This document shows, in pieces, positions 1 through 11,510 of a stretch of DNA of 64,000 bases (positions are counted from its first letter, which is position 1; each line of letters opens with the position of its first letter). The notes under the pieces were generated by a model. The model had not been told where the DNA came from. It did no database searches and saw only the letters and a list, made by a program, of their open reading frames with translations. This stretch comes from Glaucostegus cemiculus (taxonomy: Eukaryota). Made by a program: the position numbers and the translations under genes. The stretch covers positions 4,278,001 through 4,342,000 of the forward strand of contig CDPCPM010000069.1 in the NCBI GenBank assembly GCA_976551045.1. Reading direction: 5' to 3'.

Positions 1-169
1 TGCCAGCATCAGTGGAGGATTTTTGCCTTAATTCTGGTGTTGTTTCTTTTGTACAGCTATACAACTAAAAGCATTCTCCTTCCACCATTCAGTAATTTGT
101 GTAAAAGTTAATAAAAACCTTTGGATTTATTAATAGAAGGAACAGGTAAATGAGTTTAGAACAGAATGG

Positions 170-790
170 AATTAACTTTGGAGAGTTTGTACGCAAATCC
201 TTGAAAGTATCAGGACAAGTTGAGAAGGCTGTTAAAGAATCATAGCGCCTTGTTTTTATAAAAAGAAACAGAATACAAAAGTAAGGAATTTATGATAAAC
301 CTTTATTCTTAAATAAAATTTCTAATTAGGTCTTAGCTGGAGAATTGCATTCAATCCTGGGCACACAATTTTAGAAAGGATGTTAAGATTGGAGAGGATA
401 CAGGAGAGTTTTAGTCCATTGTGTGGTGTGAATGAAGGTGCCAGGATTGTTCTCCTTAAAACACAGAAGGTTGAGATAAAATTTGATAGAGGTATTTAAA
501 ATCATAAATTGTTTGGATAGAGTAAAGAAGGATAAAAGGGTTTCATTGGCAGAGGATAAGAGGGCACAGGATACATGTAAAAGGTGATGTTAAAAATCAC
601 CAGAGGAAACAGAAGGAAGTTTTTAAAACCAGGTTAGAGCCTGGAAAACATTGGAGGAAACATGGTGGAAACAGATTCAGTAGAGAATTGGATGAATACT
701 TGAAGCAAAGAAATACATTAAGGTCATGGAGAAAGATCAGGGGGTTGGAACTAATTGAATAGCCTTAACAAAGAGCTGGCAAAGGCAAGA
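170..790 (+). mobile_element. Degraded CR1 LINE 3' fragment
   Basis: Decayed CR1 RT C-terminal motifs (ctggagaattgcattcaatcctgggcacacaattttagaaaggatgtt, LEYCVQFWAPH.RKDV-like). Confidence 0.75.
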
Positions 791-1437
791 CAGATCTGTG
801 TTGCATCATTCCATCACCACTTACGTCAGGCAACCTTGTGTAATGGGCAGTTAATACTCCCCATTTCCCATCAGCATAGAAATCAGTCACACGAGCAATT
901 ACAAGATATTGCAGAAGATCTTCTATTTTCCATCTTCATTTTTGAAGGAAGGCATTTAAAATGTTCTAAAATATCCTGACATTTCGGTAGTAGAATGAGT
1001 TGAAACTAAAAAATCTGCATTTACTTATGTTACAACAAGAGGGTGGAGACAAAGGTCAGTGCTGGTTGTGCCTATGAACTGCCTGGATAATTTCAAGGTT
1101 GTTGAAGTGCTATTTTTGTCTTTATTACATCCCAAAAATGAAAATGGAATAGCAGATAATTCAAATGTATTAAAAGCAATTTATGTCTCAGCACTGTTTT
1201 ATGTAACTTTTATTGCTACAGCAGATTTGGGCTGATGGATTCTGCAGACTGAGAATGAGTGATGAGTGAACGGATTAGCACCAATAGACACAATTCCACA
1301 CGGCCCCAGTTACACCAGCAAAACCATGGTGTCATCATTACAACCAATTCCTCTTCATATTAAACCTTCCTCCTTACTTTCTGTAAAGGATAGCATTCAG
1401 CTCATCCTGTTTTAAAAACTTCCATATTTACTTTCAA

Positions 1438-1600
1438 AGTTCAGATTCAGATTCAGTTTAGTTTATTGTCATATACACTAGGGTGCAATGAAATTCCTTG
1501 CTCGCAAGAAGCCGACAGAGAGCACATGGTAATAATAAATAAACAATAAATACAGCGATGAGCCCAAAACAACAGAGCAGTACAAAGTAAAACAGAATGG
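1438..1600 (-). mobile_element. Rex1/Babar-type LINE 3' tail
   Basis: (ttcaga)n tail followed by tttattgtcat, the same tail architecture as Rex1 copies at 14490-15007 and 52419-53336. Confidence 0.6.
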
Positions 1601-2329
1601 TGCAAAGAAATGCTTTTTGTGCTTCTTTAGACTGCACTACTTTCTCTTTCCCCATTCTTAGAAGCAACTGCGAAATAAAAGAGCCAGCGTATTTAGCACA
1701 ATAAATGTAAGTCAATTATTTTCCTTACACAAGACTACAGTGGAGATACTGGTAGGTGTCTTCTCTCTGTAGAAACGTTTAAAATGGACTAAAATAATTG
1801 AAACACATTCTCAGCTATAGATTCTTGTGTATGACCAATAACCCTGAAGAAAAGCTGCCTTTTTTTAAGCACAACTATATTCCAGTCAATATGTAAAAGA
1901 CCAGGATAAAGTGCTAGAAAGGATTTACTGATGTGCTTTTAATCTATATGCTTAGAAGATTACTGCTCGCTTACAGATCTGTGCAATTATAAAGGAAATG
2001 CAATTTGGGTTTAACAATTAAACCTCACATTTTTGAACAATTACTAATTTGAGAAGTTGCCTCAACTGACGAATTGGTGAAGCAATAAATCTAAAGTATT
2101 CATCTTGCTTCAAACTTATTCTTCTGTTGCATATTCTGTTCAAGAAAACAAAATCACACTTTTAAATGATATTCAGAGGAAATTGAGCAGTTTGGGTAAT
2201 AAGAGTACCTTATTATCTTGTGGTTTATAGCTTATCTTTTTGTATTTCTTTTTTGAAACCTAAGTGTAGCAGACACAATTTTTTGATTGACACCTAGCCA
2301 GCAAATTGTGCTGTGGAGCATGGCAAGTT

Positions 2330-2690
2330 GAGCCAGCCCCAGCAATCAGCATTTTGAGTGCGCTGATGTGAATTCCTGAAATGGCAGGCACAATCTCTCT
2401 GAATCATGAGAAGGCCACACAAATGAGATGTCTGATCCTTGCAGGAGTTCTTCTGTAAATTTGCCCTGCTTGTCTTCATCCTGGTCGCTCATTTCAAAAG
2501 AACATCGTGCCACCCTAAACCCACACTCTTGGTGATGAAGATCTCCTTTGTGTATTCTTGCAAGCACAGATGTTGTCCATTATCCAAAAAGTAGGAATTT
2601 AGGATGGGTTTGTTGGCAGATCAGCTGGAGCGTTTAAGCTAACCACTGTTTACATCTGTGTAATGGCTCCTTAGAACTTCTTGGCTATGA
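2330..2690 (-). mobile_element. Ancient RTE-like LINE 3' relic
   Basis: Minus-strand fragments PKFLLFG and RDC....SHQR resemble RTE ORF C-terminal motifs; heavily frameshifted. Confidence 0.45.
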
Positions 2691-2707
2691 AGCATGTGTT
2701 ACATAAT

Positions 2708-2965
2708 ATTGGTATTGGTTTACCATTGTCACTTGTACCTAGGTAGAGTGGAAAACTTGCATACTGTTCGTACAGATCAATTCATTAAACAGTGCATTGA
2801 GGCAGTACAGGGTAAAAACAATAACAGAATACAAAGTAACTTGCCGCAGATACAGGGAAGTACAATGCAGGTAGACAATAGGGTGCAAGGTCAAACAAGG
2901 TAGATTGTGAAGTCAAGAGTCCATCTCATCGTATAAGGGAATCATTCAATAGTCTTATCACCATG
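2708..2965 (-). mobile_element. Rex1-type LINE 3' UTR fragment
   Basis: Reverse complement matches 52305-52418 plus 53343-53444; also similar to 9530-9730. Confidence 0.75.
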
Positions 2966-4429
2966 GGAAATAGGAAATGGAGCACCACAGAGAGTATTTA
3001 GCAGGGGAACAGGAGCAGAAGTTCCATTGGGCATTATAAAGAATATCAGAGCCAACCTCAGTAAAAGTTGGCACCTGCTGATTAGATTAGCAGAACCATG
3101 AAGAAACTCCATCTTTGGAGAAGTAAAAGGAACAGAATCTTATTCCATTGTTGAAGTATGCAGTAGTGATAGAAATAATTTACTCACATCTCAGAGGAAT
3201 AGTCATATTCAATGAGAACATAAAATCTGAGTCTGACTGATGAGTACCCAGTAAAATATAGAAATAGAGAGGATCAGAGATGACTGGTTAGAATGAATAA
3301 ATATGGAGGTAAGATGGAAATGAGGACACTGCAAAGGGAGGTCCAGACTTGATGAAGAAAGAGTTAGAAGTCAAATAAATATTCAATAGCAACAATATGT
3401 ATATACAGTAAAATGGCCCACCTGGGTTTCACAAAGTAAGTACAAAAAGATAAGCTATGAATCATAAGATAATAAGGTATTCTTATTACCCAAACTGCTC
3501 TTTTTCCTCTGAGTATCATTTAGAAGTGTGATTTTTTTTCTTGACACAGACTATACAACAGAAGAATAAGTTTTAAACAAAAGGAGTATTTGAGATTTAC
3601 TACTTCACCAATTCACCAGTTGATGCAGCCTCTCAATTTCATAGGAACAGTATCAACCAACCACTCTTTTTAAAATATATTTTTGCATAAGTAGGTGCGT
3701 TAGGACTTGTCTAAAAAACTGGTAAGTTTTGGGAGTTTCTTAAAGGAGGAAAAAGGGGCAGAGAGATGTTCCAGAACTAATGAGATGGGGCAATTCCCAA
3801 GTTCAGGAATCACTGGACACAGAGACATTAGTATTGGAGAGTAAAAAAATTGGGACTTTTCAAGGCACTAGAGTTAGAGGAATGTAGATATCTCATAGGT
3901 TTTTGTATTTGAAGAAGATTATAAAGATGGGGTGGGGAAAACTCATGGAAAAAACTGAAAACAATTTAGAAAATGTTTAAAATCAATATTGCCAGTCTTG
4001 GAGTGATCTTGATCTGTGAGCACAGGTTTGATGAGTGAAGGGGATTTGATGCAGTTAGGACACAAGCAGCAGAATTTGAATGAGCTCAAATTTCACAATT
4101 CAGAACCTTTGGTGAAGCAACTAACACGTGATTTATCAAAGATTTTAAAATTCTTAGCAAATGGGGGATCTTCATTCCTCAATCAAAATACTCTATATAC
4201 AAAGTACTTTTCTTTATTTGCTAAAACTGTAATGCCACAAATGAAAGGTATGTATAAAATTAGCTGAGCTTAATGTTGGAAAATGAAACTATAATTTTTA
4301 AAACCAAGCTGCAACAGTCATTTACAAATGTCTTGAATTACTGTAATTGTAGACTGTGCTTAATTATTCAGATGCTTTGTGTGAATGTTTCCATTTTCCT
4401 TCCACAGAGTACAAGAACCTTTATAAAAC

Positions 4430-4910
4430 ACTGGTTCAGCTATAATTGCAGTAGAGTGATCAGTTATGGGACTGGAGAAGGTGCAGGAGAGAGTTACCAA
4501 AAAGATTCCACGAATGTGTGAGTATTCTTTATTGGATAGACCCTGGAAGCTGGAACAGTTCTTCTTGGAAAAGAGAAGATTGTAAAGGGGTCTGCAAGAG
4601 ATGTTTAAATTCATGAAAGATCTATATAGAGTAGGTGGGGATAAATTGTTACTTCTGCTGGAGTGGGTGAAGAAGCCATAGAATGAAATTGATTGGCTAA
4701 AGAACCAACAGTTTTTTTATGCAGTGAGTATTAAGGATGTGGAATGTATTGGCAGGGCCAGTAGCACAGGCAAATTGAATTGTTGTGTTTACAATGGAGC
4801 TGAGTCCAAATGGAAATAATTTAGAGAGCTACAGGGGGATGATGGTAGAGAGGGAATGGCTGGATTAGTCTTACATGGAGCCAGAACACACTCAATGGGC
4901 CAAATAACTG
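4430..4910 (+). mobile_element. Degraded CR1 3' fragment
   Basis: ctttataaaacactggtt...ctggagaaggtgcaggagaga, CR1 RT C-terminus and 3' UTR. Confidence 0.65.
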
Positions 4911-5009
4911 TAGACATCCTGTGTTTCTGATGTTGATTAAATTATCAGATGTTCTGCCTTTCAACAGGCAAGTGAAGATCATCCTCATTAAATTAATTTC
5001 TGGGATGTG

Positions 5010-5390
5010 GGAGATGTTTTACGAGGAGAGATTGAGTAAGATTGGTCAGTATTCACTGGAGTTTAAAAGAATGAATGGTGATCATACAGACATGTGAGAA
5101 TCTGGGATGATTGACATGATAGATACTAAATCTAGCTGGAGATCGTAGAATCCAAGTTCAAGATCTCAGCATAAGAGATAATCCATACAGGAATGAGGGG
5201 AAAAGAAATTTCTTTACACAGAATTTTTTTTTCCAAATTCTCCATCCCAGTTGTGGCTATTCCATATTCAGCATTGAGAATGATGGATTGTTAGGGACTG
5301 AGAGAATCAGAGAACATAGACATGGGTGGGAAAATGGACAACACAGGATCTTAATGAATGGCAGAGGGGCTGAAAAACCCTTTCCCCAGT
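5010..5390 (+). mobile_element. Degraded CR1 3' fragment
   Basis: gaggagagattgagt...tattcactggagtttaaaagaatga (YEERL..LGLYSLEFRRM motif). Confidence 0.75.
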
Positions 5391-6158
5391 TTCTGATATT
5401 TTAAAAGTACGATCTTTACAAAGTTAAAGAATTAATACCATTGTACAGTTCTGATTACATGTTAAGTTTCTATCTAATGCATTAATGTAATGCCATCTCC
5501 CATTTGTCTAATTTCTGACATTAAACTCAGTTTCTGCAAACTTTGTATATACCACTGCTACATCTGAAGTACAATGATTATCTAATGCCAACACTGATGA
5601 TGTAATACAATCACCCACAACCAAATATAAATGAAGACTGGAGGAAACCGACATGTGTGATGTCTTCAATAGTAAATGGAGTGAATGGTAGTCACGTAAA
5701 AGGTTCACGTTGACGTCAGCTTTGTTATTTGTCGAACCACTTTAGAGATTTAATTAGTGACAAGAAAGGCTGAATATTTGTTGGATTTAGTCATACTGTT
5801 CCTCAAGTTTTGCTTTAAGTTAGTTGTGTTCTTATTTCAACACAACACTAAAAGCTAAAAAATCTAGTTTATTGAAGGTTGATGTAAAATATATGCATTG
5901 AAACTGAGTACAAGCAGTAGAGTAAATATATTTTTGAATTCCTTTTGACACCTGTCCATTAGCTTTGAGTGAACCCCCTATGTGCATGTATTTGTGTGTG
6001 TTGTGGGTGTACTGTATGTCAGTTCATGCCTATTGCATCAGAGTCTGGTCTTAATGTCATTAATTCCTTTGGAAGATTATTGACAAACCTAGGGGCTACA
6101 TTAATCATTAAGTGAAAATAGAGTGGTAGAGTTTGAAATTCTATTCAAAACTGAAAAT

Positions 6159-6492
6159 TGTCACAATGTTGATTGAAGAGCAAGATCACAGAGAACCCAA
6201 ATGCAGCACACTGGTACAAGACTGGAGTCAGGATACTTCCTCAGGACCAGATACAGGCAACACTGGAAGGAAATCTTGCCTCGGAGATCTGAGTAGTAAT
6301 CCCAACACAAACTGAATCTTCAGGGTTGATCAATCCTCCGGCAACTAGTGCTAGAGAAACCCAGGTACTTATGCTAGGCCCCTGATGGGGCTCAGGTGTG
6401 TCATTGTGCAATCAGTCCAGCATGGAATCCATGTGCTGTACAACGAGGCATCTAAGGAACCAAATCAAGGGCCAGTACTCAGAATCATGACA
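6159..6492 (-). mobile_element. Solo LTR of a Tf1/sushi-like (chromoviral Gypsy) element
   Basis: TGTCA...TGACA termini; perfect 5-bp TSD AAAAT (6154-6158 / 6493-6497); near-identical to the LTRs at 10105-10513 and 10858-11132. Confidence 0.93.
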
Positions 6493-7819
6493 AAAATAGC
6501 AATCTCATCAATTCAATATGATAAGCAAATTTCTCAAAGGAACAGAAGTAGTGGTCTATTTCCACACATCTGCTGACCATCAAGTTCCAAGTAGGCTCTA
6601 AAGGTTTAAGGTGGTTCAGCAGTGGGGGTACAGGATTGCCGGACACACCTACCCTGTATTGCACCAATAAAAACTCAGATTTCAGTAACTTCATGCAAAT
6701 AAGGCTCATTCTATAAATGTGGAAATTACATAAAAAAGGCCAGAACTTTTAGAAAATGGTTAGTTGATTCATTTGAGGGCAGGTCAGTCTGATGTGACAT
6801 TTTCTGAAAGCAATAACATGCAACATGAATGGTAGAAGTAAGTGGGTATTCTCATTATCATACAGTTCTAGTAACACAAAAAGTGCTGTTCATTCACATG
6901 TATGCTTGGTAATTTAAAACCAGTATTGGCTGTGGATGTCCGTGCAAGGATTTTAGCCTCTGTGCTGAGAAATTTGATCAATTTGGGCAGTTTGGGGCAT
7001 GTTTCACTTTAATATGTCTGATGTTTGCACAATATCAAAGTTGCCTCCAGCAATGTCATCTGGTGCACAGCTCTTATTGCTGTACTTATGGCAAGAGTTG
7101 GCTTTTAACTTGTGACTTCTATATTCCACCCACTCTAAAGCCAGAAGTAAATTCTCCAGCAAACTGGCAAAGAGATAAATCAAGAGGCCCCATGGAGGAA
7201 CAGATTTTTTTGACCACAGCCTCTCTAGACTCATTTGCCTGCATGATCTCTAAGAAAGATTACAATATCTATATAACACAAACTTGAACTTGGCAAAAGA
7301 TTCTACAATCACGGGTCCCCTCATAATTCTGAACCTCACAGTGGCTTAAAGACGCTCAGGCACACAAGTCAACTGGACTATGTTGGGAGTGCTGAGAAGC
7401 ACAGGACAGCTCTGAGACCCCCTTCTAATGCACTCACCTGTATTCACTTGGAGTACTGTAGCTACCAGAGAGTGCTTTAGCGTCTGACTCACTCCCCAGC
7501 AATCAGCAAGGCAATGACCTACCGCTGTGACCTCAATGGGCAGCTGACATCAGCAAATGTGGAGACAAGTTTTCCTCACAATTCAGGGTGAAACCCACCT
7601 TAATTTTGTTTATTTAACTTAGTTTTTCACAAGATTTTTTAAAAAATAGATCACCCATTTAGCACATCCATGTAGAATGAATGCCAATTTCTAGGCAATA
7701 GCACCTGCACCTATCAAAATAGAAAATGTATGTTCTCTTTGAAAAATGTTAAAGCAATTCACACATCCTGAATTGGTCTGAAATGTGATGACAATTGTTA
7801 TGTGGAAATACTGAGGCAC

Positions 7820-8170
7820 ACATAGCTCAGTTTGTGCAACTCTTGCCTCTGATTCAGAAGCTTGGATTCAGGACCTGTCTCACACTGGAGAATGATGTTC
7901 CAGTACAGTAATGGGATCGACTGCTCCACTGGCAAAGGCGGTTCAGCCAGGCTCCATCTCAATAGATGTAAAAATTCCCACAGCACTACTTCAAAGAAGA
8001 GCAAAGGGTTTTCCCCCCAGTTCCTTACACATTCGTTATCCCTCTATCATTATCCCTGGTCATCATCATATTGCCGTTGGATCTTACTGTGAACACACTT
8101 CCTGTGACAGTGTTTCATTGATTGTGAAGTACCTTCAGAGGCTGTGAGAGGTGCTGTATGAATGCATGCA
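7820..8170 (+). mobile_element. Deu-domain SINE (SacSINE1-like)
   Basis: tRNA-like head (gctcag...ctcttgcctctgattcagaag), gatgtaaaaattcccacagcactacttcaaagaagagca, Deu-like core and ttcattgattgtgaagt tail, recognised from memory of the family. Confidence 0.7.
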
Positions 8171-9142
8171 CTGAATAAACAAGTTACTACATTTTGGATT
8201 CTTAATCAAGCAGAAGTGGCATTTAACTGGATATAGTTTACATCTCATGGACCTCCCATACACAGCCTAAGTCTGGAGGCCACCTGGAATTAGTTTCAAG
8301 AATTATACACTTTAGAAATAGAAAAAAAAAGTATGGTTCTTGTCTGTACATACCTGAAATATGCTTGTGTAATCAAAAGAACAACTAAAAGCTCAATCAG
8401 ATACAAGGGAATTATCTGCAAATTATCTTATTTGCAAACAGATATCTGTTGTGGTTGATAATCATGGGACAGGTTTCCACCTGGTAACATCTGACAACAG
8501 TAACAAGGTGACAGGCATAAACACCTATGTAAAACAGCCAGGTTCTTGTGGCAGCAGCTGACACTTCTGAAAAGACCTGCTGGTGTTTATCCATTTGAAC
8601 TGGAATAAGTTGCAGAATTGTTTGCACCTGCTAAAAGTTCAAGACCCATCAAGAAACTCCAGGGGTTAAATCTGTCAACAGATTTTGCATGGTCCAGCAG
8701 TGGAATGCAGCCTTGCTGGGATTGCCAGCATTAAATTGGGGATTGACTCGAGTCCAACACTGGGTCTGATCTGCCACAGGTTCTAACACTACACTCATTG
8801 CAATGGGTTTAGGCCTATGGATTAGCAGGCATATCTATAGACCCAGATGACCCACTGCAATTATGGTTAATTTTATTGAAGTATTTTGATATAGTTTATG
8901 TTTTTAAATTATTTCCATACTATTGTGTTTCAGTTAGTCCTGTTATTTTAATTTTTTTGATCATTTAGTTCAAATTTAATGGCTTTAAGTCACTTTGACT
9001 TAAAATGCTGTAGACAAAGCTTTAACAGAAAGCAAAGCTTTGCACACTGCAGACCTTTGCATTAGGCTGATCAAGATGTTTTAGACTCTGGTGCTGGACT
9101 CAAGGGCATAGAATGTCTCCACAACCAGTCTAGGTAAATGTG

Positions 9143-9273
9143 GGGACACAAGAGCCTGCAGTTGCTGGAGTCGAGAAGAACACACCAAATGCTGAAGGAA
9201 CTCAGCAGGTCAGGCAGCATCTCTGGAGGGAAATGGAGAGTCGACCTTTCCAGTCGAGACCCTTTAGCTGGAG
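9143..9273 (-). mobile_element. Penelope-like element terminal fragment (decayed hammerhead region)
   Basis: gacacaagagcctgcag...gctgaaggaactcagcaggtcaggcagcatc shared with copies at 15705, 24802, 32333, 34222, 35851, 54667. Confidence 0.8.
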
Positions 9274-9529
9274 CAGGTAAATGTGGTTGTGCAGAGATGT
9301 CAGGCGCCAAGTTCAGATAGTCCACGTGGGTATATATTTTGCAGTAAGCTCCATGTATCAAGAACAACGTTGTTTCATGGAAGGAAGAACTTTTAAGTCA
9401 TAAGGCTCTGGCCATTATAAAGTGCTTGATCAGTGCCTTAATGATTACTCTGATTGTTCATTGTACACACAGCTGATGACAGAGGCAATCTGCAAAATAG
9501 ACAGCACCCTGGGATACTTCAGTAACACC

Positions 9530-9730
9530 TGGTATTGATTTTTTTATCACATGTACCAAGATACAGTGAAAAAACTTTTGTGTGCCATCCAGGCAGGTCA
9601 TGTCATATCAAAGTAGTAAAACAAAACAGAATGCAGAGTATAGTGTAGCAGCTACAGAGAAAGTGCAGTGCAGGTAAAGAAATAAAGTGCCAAGGCCACA
9701 ATGAGGTTTATTGTGAGGTCAAGAATTCAC
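9530..9730 (-). mobile_element. Rex1-type LINE 3' UTR fragment
   Basis: Similar to 2708-2965 (cacatgtacc..gatacagtgaaaaa...tacagagaaagtgcagtgcaggta). Confidence 0.7.
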
Positions 9731-10049
9731 CTTAAACCCACAGGAACCTGTTGCCCTGGGTTGGAAACTAGTCACTATTCCTTCAACAACTTTGGTCTAT
9801 GTTCTTAATCACCCTCCCAGTAGTAATGTGAAGGTACCTCACAAGAAGAACAGCAGCAGTTCAAAAGAGCAATTAATGTGGTCCATGCCAGTGACACCCA
9901 CATTTGCAAAAAGTGAAGCTCAAATAATTATTTTTCCTGTAATTTTTCTTCTTTAAGCCTTTCCAGACATAAATTCAGTAAAAATGATTAAGATTTGTAT
10001 CTTTTTGAGGTGACAAATTATGAAGGTTCCAACCCAAATATTGTAGTAA

Positions 10050-11510
10050 ACCATAAGATATAGGAGCAAAATTAGGCCTTTCAGCCCATTGAGTCTGCTC
10101 TACCTGTCACAATGTTGATTGAAGAGCAAGCTCACAGAGAACCCAAATGCAGCACACTGGTACAAGACTGGAGTCAGGATACTTCCTCAGGACCAGACAC
10201 AGGCAACACTGGAAGGAAATCTTGCCTCGGAGATCTGAGTAGTAATCCCAACACAAACTGAATCTTCAAGCAGGATTAGAGAACACAGGACTGCTCTGGA
10301 GTAGACCACGCCAAGCAGCTAGGAACCAAATTGAATCTTCAAGGTTGACCAATGTTCTGGCAACTAGTGCTAGAGAAAACCAGATACTTATGCTAGGCCC
10401 CTGATGGGGCTCAGGTGTGTGTCATTATGACATCAGTCCAGCGTGGAATCCATGTGCTGTACAACGAGGCATCTAAGGAACCAAATCAAGGGCCAGCACT
10501 CTGAATCATGACAGTACCCCCCGCCCCCCCTCAAAGGGAGCCTCCCGGCAACCCACTGGGCTTGTCTGGATTGGTTCTGATGGAAGTCTCAAAGTAGGGG
10601 GAGATCCAAAATAAAGGAGCTAGGAACCCAGGGATGTTCCACCGGACCATATCCCTCCCAATCAACCAAGTACTGCAGGCCCCTACCCTGGCAACATACA
10701 TCCAATACTGGGGGGCAGAGGGGGCTTGGCTGGAGGGCACAATGGACCACTAGCCATTGGCTTCACCTGAGACACGTGGAAAGTGGTGCTCCTACTGATG
10801 GCCCAGGCTGGTCAGACAGGATTCCTATCCACTGGGTTCATGGTGGCCAGAGGATTCTGTCACAATGTTGATTGAAGAGCAAGCTCACAGAGAACCCAAA
10901 TGCAGCACACTGGTACAAGACTGGAGTCAGGATACTTCCTCAGGACCGGACACAGGCAACACTGGAAGGAAATCTTGCCTCAGAGATCTGAGTAGTAATC
11001 CCAACAAACTGAATCTTCAAGCAGGACTAGAGAACACAGGACTGCTCTGGAGTAGACCACTCTAAGCAACTAGGAACCAAACTGAATCTTCAAGGTTGAC
11101 CAAATCAAGGGCCAGTACTCAGAAACATAACACTGCCATTCAATCGTGGTTGATCCTTATAACCCCATTCTCCCACCTTCTCCCTGTTACCCTTAACTTC
11201 TTTACCAATCAAGAACCTATCAATCTCTGCCTTAAATACACACAATGACTTGGCCTCCACAGCCCTCTGTGACAATGAATTCCACAGATCCACACCCTCT
11301 GGCTGAAGAAATTCCACCTCATCTCAGTTTTAAAGGCATGTCCCTTTACTCTGAGGCTGTGTCCTTGGATCCTAGACTCTCCTACTAATGGAAACATCCT
11401 CTCCACTTCCATTCTATCCAGGCCTTTCAGTATCTGGTAGGTTTCAATGAGATCCCCCCTCATCCTTCTGAACTCTGTTGAGCACAGGTCCAGAGATATC
11501 ACATGCTCAA
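10050..11510 (-). mobile_element. CR1 LINE 3' end split by the LTR element (parts 10050-10104 and 11133-11510)
   Basis: ORF 11209..11520 EFRRMRGDLIETYQILKGLDR...GHSLRV; the 3' UTR reads through the insertion (gagtctgct[ctgcc]attcaatc). Confidence 0.9.
10105..11132 (-). mobile_element. Internally deleted chromoviral Gypsy (Tf1/sushi-like) LTR retrotransposon: 5' LTR 10858-11132, 344-bp internal region, 3' LTR 10105-10513
   Basis: Two direct LTRs; TSD CTACC/CTGCC; PPT GAGGGGGGGCGGGGGGTAC next to the 3' LTR; gag start MNPVDRNPV* at 10841; integrase tail TFHVSQVKP; chromodomain [34 protein letters not shown]. Confidence 0.93.

Noticed and set aside
6133-11065. Near-identical small ORFs MLIEEQ...HREPKCSTLVQDWSQD (6133..6315 and 10865..11065) suggesting a peptide gene family
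   Set aside because: They are antisense translations of the repeated LTR
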